Below are positions 48,301 through 62,765 of a DNA stretch of 64,000 bases, piece by piece (the first letter of the stretch is position 1; every line of letters begins with the position of its first letter). A program made the position numbers and the translations under genes. Under the pieces are notes generated by a model that was not told the origin of the DNA, searched no databases, and saw nothing but the letters and a program-made list of their open reading frames with translations. Origin of the DNA: Bispira polyomma. Its lineage: Eukaryota. The DNA is taken from NCBI GenBank assembly GCA_965649765.1, contig OZ287752.1:62682001-62746000 (forward strand), written 5' to 3'.

Positions 48301-51300
48301 TGCAAAGATACTGCATTGAAACTTTCAAGTATAAAGGATTCAATCTGATCGACCGACATGGCTACATTTTAACTATGCTGAATAAAGAGACTATCATTTT
48401 TTTTTCTAAATTCAGTTTCACATCACTTTCGATAGTTTAGGCCATATCACGATAGCCAGATTTAACTGTGCACAGAATTAGTGCTGAAGCACTGTGAAGC
48501 ACCGGCCCAAGATAACCAGTACCTAAACTTTTTACATTGGTGATAAGCCAGTCAAATTATAAAATGAATGCTTCCAAATATTCATAAAATATACTAAGGA
48601 ACTTATATTAAATTAACTACAATAAAAATAATGAAAGCATTTATGGAGCACCAAATTGATGAGAACATCCTCTAAGGCGTTGTTTTAAAAAAGGGAAGGT
48701 CCATGGGCAAGCAAAAGATTGTTACCAAAAAACATCCACCGGGGAAGGGTGACTAAGGAGAGGGATAAGCTACAGACTGTGATCTGACAGTTCCTTCCAA
48801 CGGGAGCCGAGGCAGCATAAACAGCATCTGCCAACTAGTTCTGTATGAAATTCATAGTAAATGTCCTAATTTTTAGGACTGTCAATGTATAGCAGTCGTC
48901 TGTATCTCTCAGTAATGTCACCAGAAAAACTTGTCTCTCCACATCTGACTTCTTACCTAAACAAAACTTGCAGGTTCATAATCATTTAAAGTTGTAGCAC
49001 CTGCTGAATGGAAAAGGCTTTGTGCCAGTCTTCATACTAAAACAAGAAATGTGGACTTCCAAAAAAAAGATCAAAACACATCTATATCAACTCGCTTTTT
49101 CACCTTAATATTTATCTGCCGGTTACGACTAAACTCTAATCTCTTTCCTCCTATAATTGACTAAGACGTGCACCACAGAGGATGCCTGGTCATCAATTGT
49201 GATGCTATAGCAGTAAAACATTGACATAATTAATTGGCCATGCATGTAGAACTTGCTGTACGGTTGTAGAATAATTGGATTAAGCCAGTCGGTCTGGTAA
49301 AACTTTGGTGAACGTTACACAATAATCATTCTGTTGATGCTAAATTAGTGTTAGACAGGTGTTGGTAAGGATATGTAAACGTGAACTAATATGAAGGTAT
49401 GAAAGACTAAATTAATCTAATTAGTACAGTTACAACAAATATTAAACAAATTTTTAATCAACTATGTCTTGTTACAAAATTCCTGTCAGGAAATCTAATT
49501 AGTGCATTTGGTCTCAAAGGGTCTATAATGACGTCTCAAATATTTTAATTCGAAATAATCTGATAATAATCCCTCTGTCAAACGGATACTAGCTTGGATA
49601 TTATTAAGACCAGGTGACATTGTTATCCCATTCATTGTTCTTTGGACATTCATTATGCCTTACAAGTCAGGAATTGACCATATTCCCTGACTACAATGAC
49701 TCTTACAAGTAGGGTAAACCCCAATTGATACAATTTACAACACTTTTTTACCTATATTTTGTAATTGTAGCTGGTAATTAATTTGACCAAAACACATCAT
49801 ATTTTCCATCCACTTGAATAACAATCAGTTTGTTGAGGATTAACACATTACGTGTTCTATAGACCTCAATAAGAAATACAGGAAAGATAAAAGTCTTTTT
49901 AAAATGGTTTAATGAAAATAAACAATAAATAATACGTTGATTTGCAATTGTTTGTTTCTATTGTATTCCAAATTATGGTTATAAAATAATGCTTAAGTTG
50001 AGGAAATTTTTGTGTATTATTTGACACTTTTAAAATACCTGTGTCGTAATGAGATTTACTACAATTGGAACAAATGCATAGCTGGGAAGTATAGAGAGGG
50101 AGAGAATTTTTTTATTCTAGTGCCACCTGCACTCTAATATTTTATATACATTTTAACAAATCATAACCATGGCAACCAACTCAGCATACATGGGCTTTTG
50201 AGGCACTATTTTGCGCAGAGTACATGAGATATCAAAAATATAAATATACTATATACAGAAGTTGTAGTATAGATGTGACATATAGTTAACATACATATAA
50301 AACTAGAAGTGGACAGCCATCCGTGTAAATGAGACTTAGGTATTACAAAGCACACATGTATATAGAAAACATACAGGGAAGTGAGAGTGATGAAATATCA
50401 GCCCCTTCTTAAAGTCTTAAAGTGTAGTAAATGACTTCCATGAATTACTTTACAACCCCCCCCCCCCCCCCGGCTCCTCCTCCTTCCTGTGCTATAAGGA
50501 ATGTGTACGAGACCCCTGGGGCTTATCTAGCCCAGGGTTATGTCATCTTGTTAGCACATATGGTATAACTCAAGTGTCCTTTAGGGCTGGACTAATGGAT
50601 TAGCTTGTCCACAGGCTGCAACAGCCCACTATTCAAACAGACAGAAAAAGTCCCACCACTTAAACTTACACTGGGATCAGGACAATCTTAAGTGTATGAG
50701 TTACACATGAACTAATGCTGTAATTATTATAACTTGACTGATTTAAACCACATGGTAAAGTATTAGTCCAATAGTTAGTCCAAACAAAGAGATTCCTTGG
50801 CAAAGGAGACAGGATTTAAAAATCCCACTAGGATTCTGCCTTTCATTTCATCTGAACACATCCTTATGTAAACTGGGTCACTGATTTAACGTTAATGGTA
50901 TCATACTTATGGAATCTATACTGCCTGATATTCCCAATGGGTATATATTTACATAGCCGTGATATTCTTTGTTTTTCAAGTTTAAGTTAAAGGTGTTTGT
51001 GAAGATAAATATACATATACATATGTCCAGAGAGAGAGAGAGAGGGGGGAGAGAGAGATAGTATTCTACATGCATCAAAACTAATGCAAAGAAATAACTC
51101 ATTAAGCTTTAGCAATTCTGCTTCAATTCACTTAATGTACCCAGTCAATCCTGCATGATTGCAGTAGCTCTGAGTTTGAAGCAAAGTATCCCTTGGATGT
51201 ATATATACACAAGAGTGAAGGAATGCTGAAGTAGTTATGTAAATATGGCTCAGGGGTCCAACTGTGTGTACTATCCATCAACTTGATCATGATTTCACCA

Positions 51301-51589
51301 GGATCCTAAAAAGTCAGATTAAGGTGCTGATACATCTGAGGACATCATCACATATGGCCAAAACAGTAAATAATCTACATTTCTAAGTACATGAAGTGTG
51401 TGCACTAAATTTATATATAATTGTAATAAATGTACACAGTCTACAGGCCACCACAGATAAGGGAAACAAAGTCAGATGAAGCAATGACAAAGGAAAGGCG
51501 TATGATACTTTAGGCACTTTATTCTATCATTAACATCTAACATTTACTACTAAAAGTTTGAGGGTTAAAATATTCACTACTATTTACAG

Positions 51590-54500
51590 TTTTAGGTGAC
51601 CAAGAAGTTAAGGCCACCCTAACACATAATTAAGCTAAACATTGCTAAAAAATTAACAAGTGACTTTGAGGTCACTTTACAAGACGATAAATCTTTAACA
51701 CTTTCAATTAAAAGAAGTGACTTAAGTTCACCAAAATGGAAATAACTTTAAGGTTAACATTAATTAAGATAAAGCCATGCTTTTAAGGTTAACTTCAATT
51801 AAGATAAGTAGAATGACTTAATGTCATCTACCCATAATACAATACTACTAGTGAAGTAAGAGAATGAAGGTCATCTTACATTTAGTTCAAGTTACTTTAA
51901 AGTTTACTAGTTACTAGGCAGTTTTAGTTAGGGCAACCTAAGGGCTACCTTTCAAAAGAAAACTGCCATTTATATTTAAGAAATTACTTGTAGTATGTAC
52001 CATATGTTACAAATGAATATACACATAATTTATTAAAATGCCCAAACGCAATGCTATTATTAAATTATATTATGTTTTGTAGTGAATGGGCTACCGAGGC
52101 AGAGGCATTAGGGGTGGACGAACGCCAGCACCCATGGACCATGATAGCTTGTACATGGCCCTTAAAGCTGCTACTGGACAAAGGTGGGAATTTCTGAGGG
52201 CAGGCAACTGCACTACAATGATATTGATAATATTTCTGCAGATTCTTTGCCCAACGTAGGACAATGTGAACTCCAGGAGGGCCTCCTTAGGAAATCTGTA
52301 CATGTTAGGTGTTTTTCAGCATTGAATTGCTGGAGGGCACCAAATTCGACAAACGAAAAAACCCAAAAAAGGCTGTCAAAAAATAGAGCCAAAAACACAT
52401 ATTCATGTGGAAGTACCTTAGCTTGCTAAATTATTGCAGTAAGCATAGGCAGAGTGATAATCCCTTTTAAACTGGGAGAGTAAGGAGTTGACATAGATAG
52501 TGTTCTGAAAAATAACTTGATCTGAGGATGAGAAAAAATGTGGATTGGCATTGACTACAACTGAAAGTAGTGCTTTAGAGCTGAAACATAGTTCTGAATT
52601 GAGGGAGGTTTTAGCCTCTGCTGAGCCAGGTACTCCACAAACTGCAAAATAACCTGCAATTTTACAATATCTGATATACCTAAAAATGTGGCAAACGCCA
52701 AAAACAGTCTCACAATTCGAATAAGCAAGCCATGTTCTGGAGGTTAAGGCATTTTCAAGTCTACCAGAAGCCGACTTCAGCAGGAAGGTTTGCACATTAA
52801 GATCATAAATCTTTATTCATAGCAAATTTGTCACTACTCACATCCCAGCATTTTTTGTCTTTTACTTCATTATGCACCCTTGCATTAGAATAACCCCAGC
52901 TATGTGGACTACTTTATGTTGTATGTGGCAGTTTCTAACCAAATGGAGAGTGCTAACATAGCGAAGTTTTTGTCATGAAATCTGCTCGAGTTTAAACCTG
53001 ACACCACAGCCCCATTGTCGCACCATAATTTTATGGTGTTATTTTTAAAACATTTTCCCTAGACCCTCAGGGCCACCAGAATATTTCACATTTCTAAATG
53101 TACTATTGTCATTTAAGGCGGCTTATCTGCCAGGAGTAAGGCAGTATATACGTTATCCGACCACACTGCCCCAATCCCCTTCAATGAGGCATCCACAAAT
53201 AAGTCATACTTAGGTTCATTTTTAAGATGCATCTCCACTACACCATTGAAATAAGTTAGGCACTGGCTAAAGTGAGATTGATGCTCTTACTGGGATACGT
53301 TTTCCTGAGGAGTCTTAATATCCGATTTAAAAACAACTGAGCTGTTGACACACATCTTGATATTTATAGTAATTTTCCTAAAATGGACTGCAGGTCTCTA
53401 CGGGTACAACAACTTTTGTTTTTCCATTGGATACAGATCCAAATAATTTTTAAAGTTCCTAATTTTGCATTGACCAGAATTCCCATGCATATTACCTCCT
53501 CCGCTGAAGGAAACACTTTTTTAGGGTTTATGAGCAAACCTAAATACTCAATCAAGGAGTATAGTTGGTTAAAGGAATTTTTTGCTTTATCCAAAGTCTC
53601 AACGGTGACCAAGTCGCCGATGTAATTCCAGATCCGGAGGTGCTTGGTTTCCATGACTTGACAGAGACTGTCCGTTACCCGTTAACAAATGGCTGTACTA
53701 TGCTTATAGCCCATCATTACAGCTAAATCCACGTATGTTTTATTTCCCAATCTCAGGCCAGTATATTTATAATCAGTAGGATCTATACGGGCAAAGATCA
53801 TGATAACAACTTAAAAAAATGGGCGGTGTTAGCTCACAATAAAGTGGGATGTTGGGCTCCCCTAATTACCTGGGGGCGCCTGTCCCTGTCCCCTCTGAGT
53901 TAAATATGACAGCCTGGAGAACTGTGTTAAGAGGGAACAGGGATTCAAGGATGTGTGAATACTTGGAATTTGGTTTCCCTTTGGATTTAAAAGCAGAGCC
54001 ATTTCAGTTTAATGAAAATATAAAAAATCATGATAGTACACTCCAACATCCTAAAAGTGTCGACAATACAGGAACATTTTTCTGATCTACATTTTTACAA
54101 TACTTTTTATTCCAAAACACCCTACTATATACTGGAAGTCAGCTGTGGGAGTCCTTTACATTTTCCTTCGACTTTGCATTTCCCTTACAATGAATTTCTC
54201 TATGATTTTGCACCTTTTTGCCCTGATTATAACAATTGGCACAAGCGTGCTTCAATACCATTCTACCAAAAACATGGTCCTCACTTTGACTACAGGTACC
54301 ACGATTATAGGCATTACACATTACCATATCAAATTTTGATTTTTGCTTTTGAGAGGCACTAGAGCCTAGAGAACTTTCATTGTGAGAAGTGTCCTTAAGG
54401 GTACACTGGGTTAATCTTGATCTCAAATCATGGATTTGACTTACATTTCGCCATTCTTTTTTCCCCTTTTCCATTTCCAAAAGTACTGGCAATGATCACT

Positions 54501-55770
54501 TTTTACCATGTACCATGAAGTTTCTGGGCCATCTCGCATCAATTGCATACCATATTTAAGCATGTTGTCCCTAATTTTTGCATCTTTTTCCTTATATATA
54601 CAACCTAGATAACCCTGAAACCTCATCAGTGGTGTTAACTCTTCATACGATGGCTGTTTCTTACCAGAAATGTTATAGCAAAGCTCATGAGGCCAATTTA
54701 TGAGGTGCTTAATTTATGTTATGATGTTCTTTGCAAGTCAGATTTGAGCTTCTTACCGTTTTCAGGTGATCGATAAAGATGAGCTTGATGCTTGTGCAGT
54801 CTTTTGTCGACCTGGGCCTGTATTTCCTCACTTGTCTTGAGAAATCTCTGGTTGGGCAGGATCACGTCGTTCAGCTCGTCATAGTCGGTCTGGTACTCTG
54901 TATCATACTGAGGCTGCTTTCGCCGCCTACCACTCCGACTGTGTGTTTGGCATGTACCCCCGACTGTACTGAGGAACTATGTGAGGGCTTATCTTTTCTA
55001 ACACTACTCATTGAGTAACTTATGTCCCTGTCTCTCTTCACCTCACTCATCTCAGTTTCAAGCTTGTCTAGCTTGCTGAGAATTATGTCCAATTTTGATT
55101 GTTCAATAACGCCTAAAGGTGCCAGCACTTCTCTCGTCCCACTGGGGGCTGTCTCGGATCCTCTTGCAAGCATATCTCAAGACTTGGTATGCTGGAGCAT
55201 ATCTAACTGACAGTTCCGCCCCATGAGTTTCTGGTGAATAATTCCACATTTTTTACACAATCCAGTCTTTCCCGGCATATTTTTAACACTGCAATAGTCT
55301 TAATAGGGTTTTATTTTTTGTGCAAATTTGTAACAGATGCTGCACCTTATGCTTGTAGAAAGGTATGTAAATATATGTGATTAAAACTTTTTTCAATTAA
55401 AATGTGATTTGACTAAAATTTTTGATTGACTGCAATTCACTGAAAACATGCCAAGCGTGGAAATTAATAGAAGGCTATTGAAGCCGAAACAAGCATACTA
55501 TGCAACATCAGACGATACTTTAACAGGACTTCTCCTAGCATGTAATTTTGACACATACTAACTGCTTACATAGGTTTAAATACTCGACGTCATGCTTCAC
55601 TTGCTACAGGAATACCACATTTCTGTAATGGGGAGAAAGGGGGAAAAGACTTAATTTTAAGGTAGTGAGGTAGATACTTCGACTGACCCAAAGTGCTGCG
55701 CAGCTTTATCACTTGTTTTGCGGTCCTTCATGTCTGTAGAACCCACATTACTCCTTACATTACTTCATAT
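51590..55770 (-). mobile_element. Decayed YR retrotransposon (gag, RT/RNaseH, truncated YR) with an internal inversion
   Basis: gag start MPGKTGLCKKCGIIHQ...C at 55278; zinc fingers at 54139-54330; RT RIDP...WNYIGD...LQSILGKLL; RNase H VDAS, CDN; YR VVQLP...LCPVAAL. Ends approximate. Confidence 0.88.
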
Positions 55771-57499
55771 GAGTGGAATAAGCTGCCTGCTTAGATTAGA
55801 TCCCAAATATATATTCATCACTTCAGGAGCAAACTCAAGACACATCGGTTCTGACTAGCTTACGGATGTTCGAACCCCCCTTTCTACCTTAACCAATCTT
55901 CTCTATAAGGAGGCCATTCTGGGCATGGCCCATTTCTGCCCTTCGACTAACCATATACCATATCAGTTTGGCACTATAAAAATAATGGTAAACATTATAT
56001 GTATGCAATATCTTGTAAATATATAAACTACAACTAAAGTGTTAATTTTAGGAGAAATTGGTGCTGACGTAAACGAAAAATCTATGAAACATTAGTTATT
56101 TACATTAGTAATATTGAATATCAAGTGATTATTTTTACTAGAAATATTTTAGCAATTTCAATTGGTCGCAACCTTTTAAATGAGACGTGGATTGGTTATG
56201 ATAATTATCAGGTAACTATCTACAAAAACATAGCCCACAGTCAGAAGAATTATGTCAGGGTAAAATTTCACTCGTTCACCTTTCTAATCAGTGAGATATT
56301 CATATTTCAATTAGGGATAAATGAATCAGAGTTGCTAGTTATAAAAGTAACATATATATCTGAGTTATGTTTTACTTAAGTAAATAGATTATAAAAATAC
56401 ATACATCACCATTAAAGTACTTCAAGCATAAATCTTACATGTAGCTACTGATTTGTCATGCAAAACAAAACAAAAAAACAATATGACAATCTAGATACAT
56501 TTAAATTTACATCCTCTAAATGTTGTTGCCAGAGAGGTGTTAATAAGTAGTATTGACATCAACAGTATTTTTTCATAATCTCATGCCTAATTATGTTTGG
56601 TCTGGTGTCAAATTACAAAGCCAGCCTAAATGATTATGATTTTAATTAATATTTACCTGGAAAATGTCTCAGGTTTTTTTTAAATTATTTAAAAATCAAA
56701 ACAGGTTATATTACTTTTTGAAAAAAAAATAGAAAGAGAGTTATAAACATGAATAAGGAAATAAAATATTCATGAAAAAAGATTAATTTCAGATAATCAA
56801 GATATAATGGGGGGTGTTCCACTATCAAGTACAATTGGCAAAATGGGCCCGCTTTTGAGATCGGGGTGGCCGGGGGGAAAAATCAATCAATTGAATATTT
56901 TTGGGGGAAAAATGAAAGTGTGGGGTGACCTTCCCGATTGAAGTGATAACATCCCGTTTTGACGATACACTGACCACGATCAACTTTAAAGTCTGTACTA
57001 AAACTGCCCTGCCTCCCCGACCCTGGTTAGGATCGAAATTCTTGGTGATAGGATCTGACGTATTGCCTTAGGATAGACCGTAGGATCTGACAGATCTATA
57101 CCTCCGTTTCTCATGATCCTACTTCTAATAATCAAGTTCGGGACTGCTATGGCAAAATAACTGACAAAATGGTTTTATATTCTTCTATACCACCCTGTTC
57201 GCTCATTATGTAGATGTGTATCTTACTCAGTATATATTAATCAGTGGGTTCAAAAATTTATTTAAATTACTCCTCTTACGCATACAACAGGTTTTACAAA
57301 GTGCATATACATCTTATTAAAGGTGAGAACCCATCTTTGTTCAGAGATACTAGTATTGGTATCACCTGCACAATGAAACCTTTTAAAACATTAGGAACAT
57401 GGTTTTTCACAGATAGGAATGAAGCATCTTGTTTTAAACTATATAAGTTTAGACTACCACTCAAACATTTCCTCTCTGCCAATTAAATACAGTTACAGT

Positions 57500-57846
57500 G
57501 AACCGGGTTAATCATCTGAACCAACCTGATAAGTTATAGATAACCGGGACACTGCTCTAAACCAATCTGATAGGTTATAGATAACCGAGATACTCCTCTA
57601 AACCAATCCGATAGGTTATAGATAACCAAGATAATCCTCTAAACCAATCTGATAGGTTTAGCCAAGCAAAATGTTATTTTAAACCAATCAGACAGGTTTA
57701 GACAAGCAATATCCTCCTCTGAACCAATCAGATTTACAAGAAAAATACACCACTAAACAAATCAGGTTGTAGACGACCAAGATAGTCCCTTTAGACAGAT
57801 TATACACCCTTTAGACAGGTTATACACCCTTTAGACAGGTTATACA
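57500..57846. repeat. ~40-bp minisatellite (~7 degenerate copies) followed by a 20-bp x3 repeat
   Basis: aaaccaatctgataggttatagataaccgagatactcctct units; ccctttagacaggttataca x3 at 57788-57846. Confidence 0.85.
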
Positions 57847-59127
57847 TGCATATTCTAAACCATTTAAATAGGTTGTAAAACTTTCAGATGGACACTAATG
57901 TTTAGTGTTAAGGTGTAAAAATAAAAAAAATAACCATAATTCAGTGGCATTAGTTCTGTAAAATATTTCTATTGATGGATATTAACTTTAAACAGTATCA
58001 TTTTAGATTATAACATATATATAAAATGCATATAGCATATGTATGAATAACAGACGCCTTTGTACAGGAACTTGTGAAGGAAAAAACATATTGTACATAA
58101 TTATATCATTATATATTTTAAACAAAAATCAAAATGCTAATCATGAACCCTTGAGGTATGACAATGCACCTGAAATCCCTGTAAAACCTATTTACTTCAA
58201 AGAAAATTTTAGAAAAAAGCAGCCAATGGGTTAAAGTATCTCTTTAAAGAAGACCAAATTTATAGGTTGTGAGGATAGTATTACTGGTTTATCAATGCAA
58301 GGGAAAAGAAATCGCCCTACCTTAAAGGACATTAGTAGCAACTATCCTCCATATTGGCCTTAATCCCATCATCTTCTTTTTTTCCATTCAAAAGTTGAAC
58401 TAAAACTCCAGTTTTTGGACACTGTGAAAAAAATAGTGGTAAATGTGTTTTCATAATCCATTGCGAAGCCAGTTGTCTTTATTGCTTATTTTGTTCAAAT
58501 CTACATTCTTGAAATTTGGAATTTATAGAGAAATAAAGTAGCAATTCTGCAGAAATTGAAACAAATTTGCCAATTTCGAACCAGCCCTCAAATGTCACGT
58601 GTTTAGGCCCTGTACACTTTGAGAGGAAAATCTACACACGAGTTAGTGGCAATAAAGGCCCATTTAAACCTTGTTTGATCGTCCCCTTTTACTGCTAAGC
58701 TTCTTAAAGGTACAGTAGCCATATTTCAATTTATTATCCAATTTATTATGGATGCTTTTAGATAAGAATGAATCACTTTCGGCAGCTCTGTAACCCCAAA
58801 GCAAAATTTATTCATTCAGGTTTTACCATCTGTTTCCTTCAAAATAGTTATTTTTTCGTCTTAAAGATAATTAATTAATGTGGCATATATGAATGTGAAT
58901 TGATTGCTTCCTATTCCCATTTGAGGCATTACAATCATTATTTTCAGAGTGTTATTGTGAAATAAAAACTACTCAACTGTAAACAACAACAAATAAGATA
59001 AATATAACATTGATTTTTTGTGCATATACAAACAACTAAAATGACTTTTTAAAATGATCATTTTAAGTTTTTAAGACCACTGTAAATTTCACTCATTCCT
59101 TAAACACTTTATCAGTATAGTGTGGGC

Positions 59128-60535
59128 TTTTTTATTTATTTTTTATTTTTTATTTATTCATACACAAGGTATAATATTACAAATACAGAATACATAAATG
59201 TTTTCACAACAATGAACAAGGAACAATGTTATTAAACAATATATACAGTTTGGCAATTACATTTAATATTATACAAATCTTCATGATGTACACAAACATT
59301 CTAACATATAACTAATCTCAGTATAATTAAATTTAGTATGATTTTTGTCTTTAATACTAATGAGATCTGTAATATTTCCACATATAATTTCATCCTCTAT
59401 GTTAATCGGAGAGTGAACATGCTTGTCACTTACATTTTTAAATTCTTGAGGTGCTTTAAGAGCACATATATAGTTACAATTGAGTTCCTTGGAAATAACA
59501 TTAATATTTTTTCCCACATTGGAATGACTTCCATAAACAGCCAGTCTACCAGCAAGTTCTAAACAATTGTTATCATTGGTCAATACTGTATGTATAAATT
59601 TGTTGAATCTTTTACACAACTGCACATCAATTGGGACATCATTGCATACTAAGTGTATATATCTCCTATGGGTTCGGTTTGACAGGTTAAATAGTCTTTT
59701 TATTGCTTTTCTCCATGCTGTATAAAATTTTAAAATTTTTCTAGATTCAAAATCAAATAGTACACAGCCATAGAGAGGCATACAATAACTTTTAAACAAT
59801 TTGTATTTCACTGACACAGATGCATTTTGAAATGTATTAGGTATACTATTTAAAGCAATATTAAATGTATTTATAGCTTCATCTATCGTTTTTACTTTGC
59901 ATTTAAAACAATTATGTGCACAGACTGTGAAACAAATTTAATATATATAACCTTATGACATAAGCCTGCAATCATTTTACCTTTTGAAGCTGGAAAGTGC
60001 AAAAGTTGATATTTTTTGCATTAAACAACACATTATATTTATGCCTGAAAACATCACATATTTTAAGCATTTTTTTCATTGAAGATAGTGTAGGAGATGG
60101 CAATACAGTATCATCAGCATACCCTAATCCACCCATTTGATAGAATGCCCCTTGTTTTACACCATTTGATATTTCAACAAATTTTGAAACATAATGGTCC
60201 CATTTGATTCTAAGTGATTGATGTGTGTACATATAAGCCAGTAGGCGACATATAAGCCAGTGACTGTTTTCTTTTAAAACCAAACTGTAAATCACTTGGT
60301 TTTAAAATATTTCTACTGCTGGATAAAATTAACAATTCAAGAACCTTACCTATGATACTACTAAGGGCAAAACCTCTGTAATTTTCAATCATTTAATGAT
60401 TTATTTCTAATTTGGGGGATCGGTATAACTGTTGATGCAAGTAGGTCACCAGGTGAAAAACAATGCTTTAACATAGAGTTGTACAGTAAACTCAGATATA
60501 CATATAATTTATGACAACCATGAATGACAAACATG
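59128..60535 (-). mobile_element. Decayed LINE (CR1/L2-group) RT and C-terminus with A-rich tail
   Basis: NYRGFALSSIIGKVLE, SDLQFGF, SNGVKQG, GYADDTVL, KLFKSYCMPLYGC...WRKAIKRLF; T-rich run at 59128-59157. Confidence 0.88.
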
Positions 60536-61519
60536 AATGTAAGGAGGCTAAGGTGGAAAAGTCTTACTAAATAGGTAGGTTTTGAGCTTTTTCCTAAACA
60601 GGCAAGTGAGGAAGCAGTGTGAATATTATGAAAACAAGATTAAAGGTTATCAAGGTTATTAAGAACAGGTTAAAGCAAATTCTGGTTTACCTAAAATCTA
60701 CGTTAAGATACACAAACCTGTCATTAACCTGTGCTAGTCACGCTTTCAGACATGTTCGGGTGTTATTTTCTACATATTTCTGCCTTACATTATTAAGCTA
60801 AGAGTCGCTTGAAAATGTTAGAATATGCCACTTGTCACAACTGTCACGCAAATATCAACGCATGTCAAAATTTTAAACAGTGTCAAACCCCTGTAAAGTC
60901 AATACAAAACTTACCCAAAATGTTTTTTTAACGACATCCACTGTGATGGCTGGTGGGATCAGGGCGGCAATTTAAAAAAAAAAGGATAGTTCTAAATATC
61001 AGCATTGGTCGTCAGTAGTAGGGAAAAGTCTGTTCACATGTTTCCCAAGAATGTTACAAACCAGTAACCATTATCAGACCTTCTGCACACCAGATCAATT
61101 CCCTATCGACTAGGCCACCAATTTTTTCATGCAGATTATACAATGTCAATACAGATTGTGATACCAGTTAATATCGGTATACTATAAATTAATTATTAAC
61201 TACATTATTTAGGGAGCATTTGATTCTCCAGTGTTGTCAAGATTTTAACCCAATACACCTGAAGCATATATCAAATATTGCGGATCTCTATTTTACATAT
61301 TTTGGCGCTTTGGGGCGAGCCTAGGTTCTTTGCCTAATTGATCCAATTGATATCAAATTATAGATAAAAATAAAAGATGTAATTCACTTGTAAGGACAAC
61401 AATTGCAGGATGTTTCCTCTAGGATTACAAGTGTTTTAATAGCTTTACCAACTGATTACATTAGAAAAACATTGTCAGATGAATCAGTCGGCCATGAACA
61501 TACATACAAAAACCGCTTA

Positions 61520-62045
61520 ACTTAAGCTCCAGTCCATCCAAAACTACCTATGTAGGGTCATTTTTCGCCTGGGTTGTCGCACAGACGTCACTCCTTACCT
61601 CAAAAAATTACACTGGCTGCCCAATAACTCTCACATTTTGTTCAAGATTCACGTTACTACTTTTAAGACTGTAGTCACTCAACAGCCCCCCTACCTTGCC
61701 TCCCTTCTTTCCTTCACTAACCGCAAGAGAGGCAACAGACTCTCCGTCACTTCGGTCAGACCAATCAGAAAGGCGGGTTTCAGAGAGTTCTCCAATGCAG
61801 CTCCAGGGTTATGGAACAGTCTCCCAGTCGACCTCAGATCAGTTGACACACTTATCGGTTTTAGGAAAAAGCTTAAAACCTATCTTTTTAATCTTGCCTA
61901 CCCACTTTAGCTTCCCTCGTGGACGCTCCCACTTCCTTCCATACGACTTTACAATGTCCATGGACTTAATGATTGGACTAATGATTCTGCTGTTGCGCTT
62001 TAGTAGATGCCTAGCATCAATAAAGCACATTAAAAATGTATAATA
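61520..62045 (+). mobile_element. 3' fragment of the same L2-like family as 15250-16245
   Basis: KLQSIQNYLCRVIFRLG.RTDVT.YLKKLHWLP ... FRKKLKTYLF and a matching 3' UTR (gatgcctag.atcaataa.gcac). Confidence 0.9.
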
Positions 62046-62169
62046 AAAAGATTAATAACTTTGTATAACTTATTTTATGCAAATTTCATAATATGAAGGG
62101 CTTTGTCATGGTCGTCAACAAAAAGATTAGCCTTCAGTCAAGGAGACAGGAGGGCCATGTTGAAAAGGT

Positions 62170-62765
62170 TTCGTTGGAAAAAATGAGACTTTCAGATGTT
62201 TTCTAAAAGATGAAATGCTCTTTGCTGTCCTTTAGTGGGGTGTGAGATTATTCCAGAGAGAGTAAGCCATATATGTTGCTGATTTGCCGAAATGGCTACT
62301 GTATAGTATAGCTGGACTTTGCATATTTTGGAACCTGGAGTAAATTATGATCGGGGTACTCATACGAACGAGTCACTCTGGATGAATTGTGTGGATGTAA
62401 ATTTTATTCCAGGTAAACTGGTTGGCCAAAGTTTATTGTTTTGTGGGCCAGAAGGTGCATTTTAAACAATGATTCTGCACCTAACAGTTTACCAGTGGAG
62501 CTACTGCAAGTGTGGTTTAATGTGTGCAAACCCAAGCAGCAAATACATTAACTGTTTATAGTATTGTATTATGGATTTTTAATGCACCTTATTGATGCGA
62601 GGTATCTTCTAAACCACAACAGAATCAGTTAACCAGTAGAAGTCCAAAAACATAGCCAAGGTCATAAAGGAAGGATGTAGGGGTATACAAGGAGAGACCA
62701 ACGTGGGAGGGAGGGGAGGGGTAGGCGAGTTAGAAGAGATGGGGTTTTAAGCTGAAAGTGTTTCA
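62170..62765 (-). mobile_element. Decayed L2-like 3' fragments
   Basis: HLQ.LHW, LKTPSL and 3' UTR cttattgat..ggtatctt similar to 15280-15310. Confidence 0.6.

Larger units (their letters stand above)
31400..48770 (+). repeat. Tandem segmental duplication carrying the SDR gene (unit 1 ~31400-42960, unit 2 ~43190-48770)
   Basis: Colinear non-coding matches upstream (tttttatggagattc, tatctgcttgagtggtctgtgtaaa) and downstream (35915-36454 vs 46525-47151; 42290-42960 vs 47995-48770). Confidence 0.92.

Noticed and set aside
48775-49020. Exon-like or coding-like stretch on the minus strand
   Set aside because: Contains stops and no family I can recognise.
52085-52145. GC-rich 55-nt stretch interrupting the decayed YR, considered as a possible ribozyme
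   Set aside because: Could not fit HDV-like or hammerhead core motifs; origin unknown.
56810-57135. Possible further Harbinger-like end (gggggtgttccactatc, gatc-rich repeats)
   Set aside because: No partner TIR or TSD found; too degenerate to call.
57500-57846. CRISPR-like periodic repeats
   Set aside because: Whole units are repeated with no unique spacers; ordinary minisatellite.
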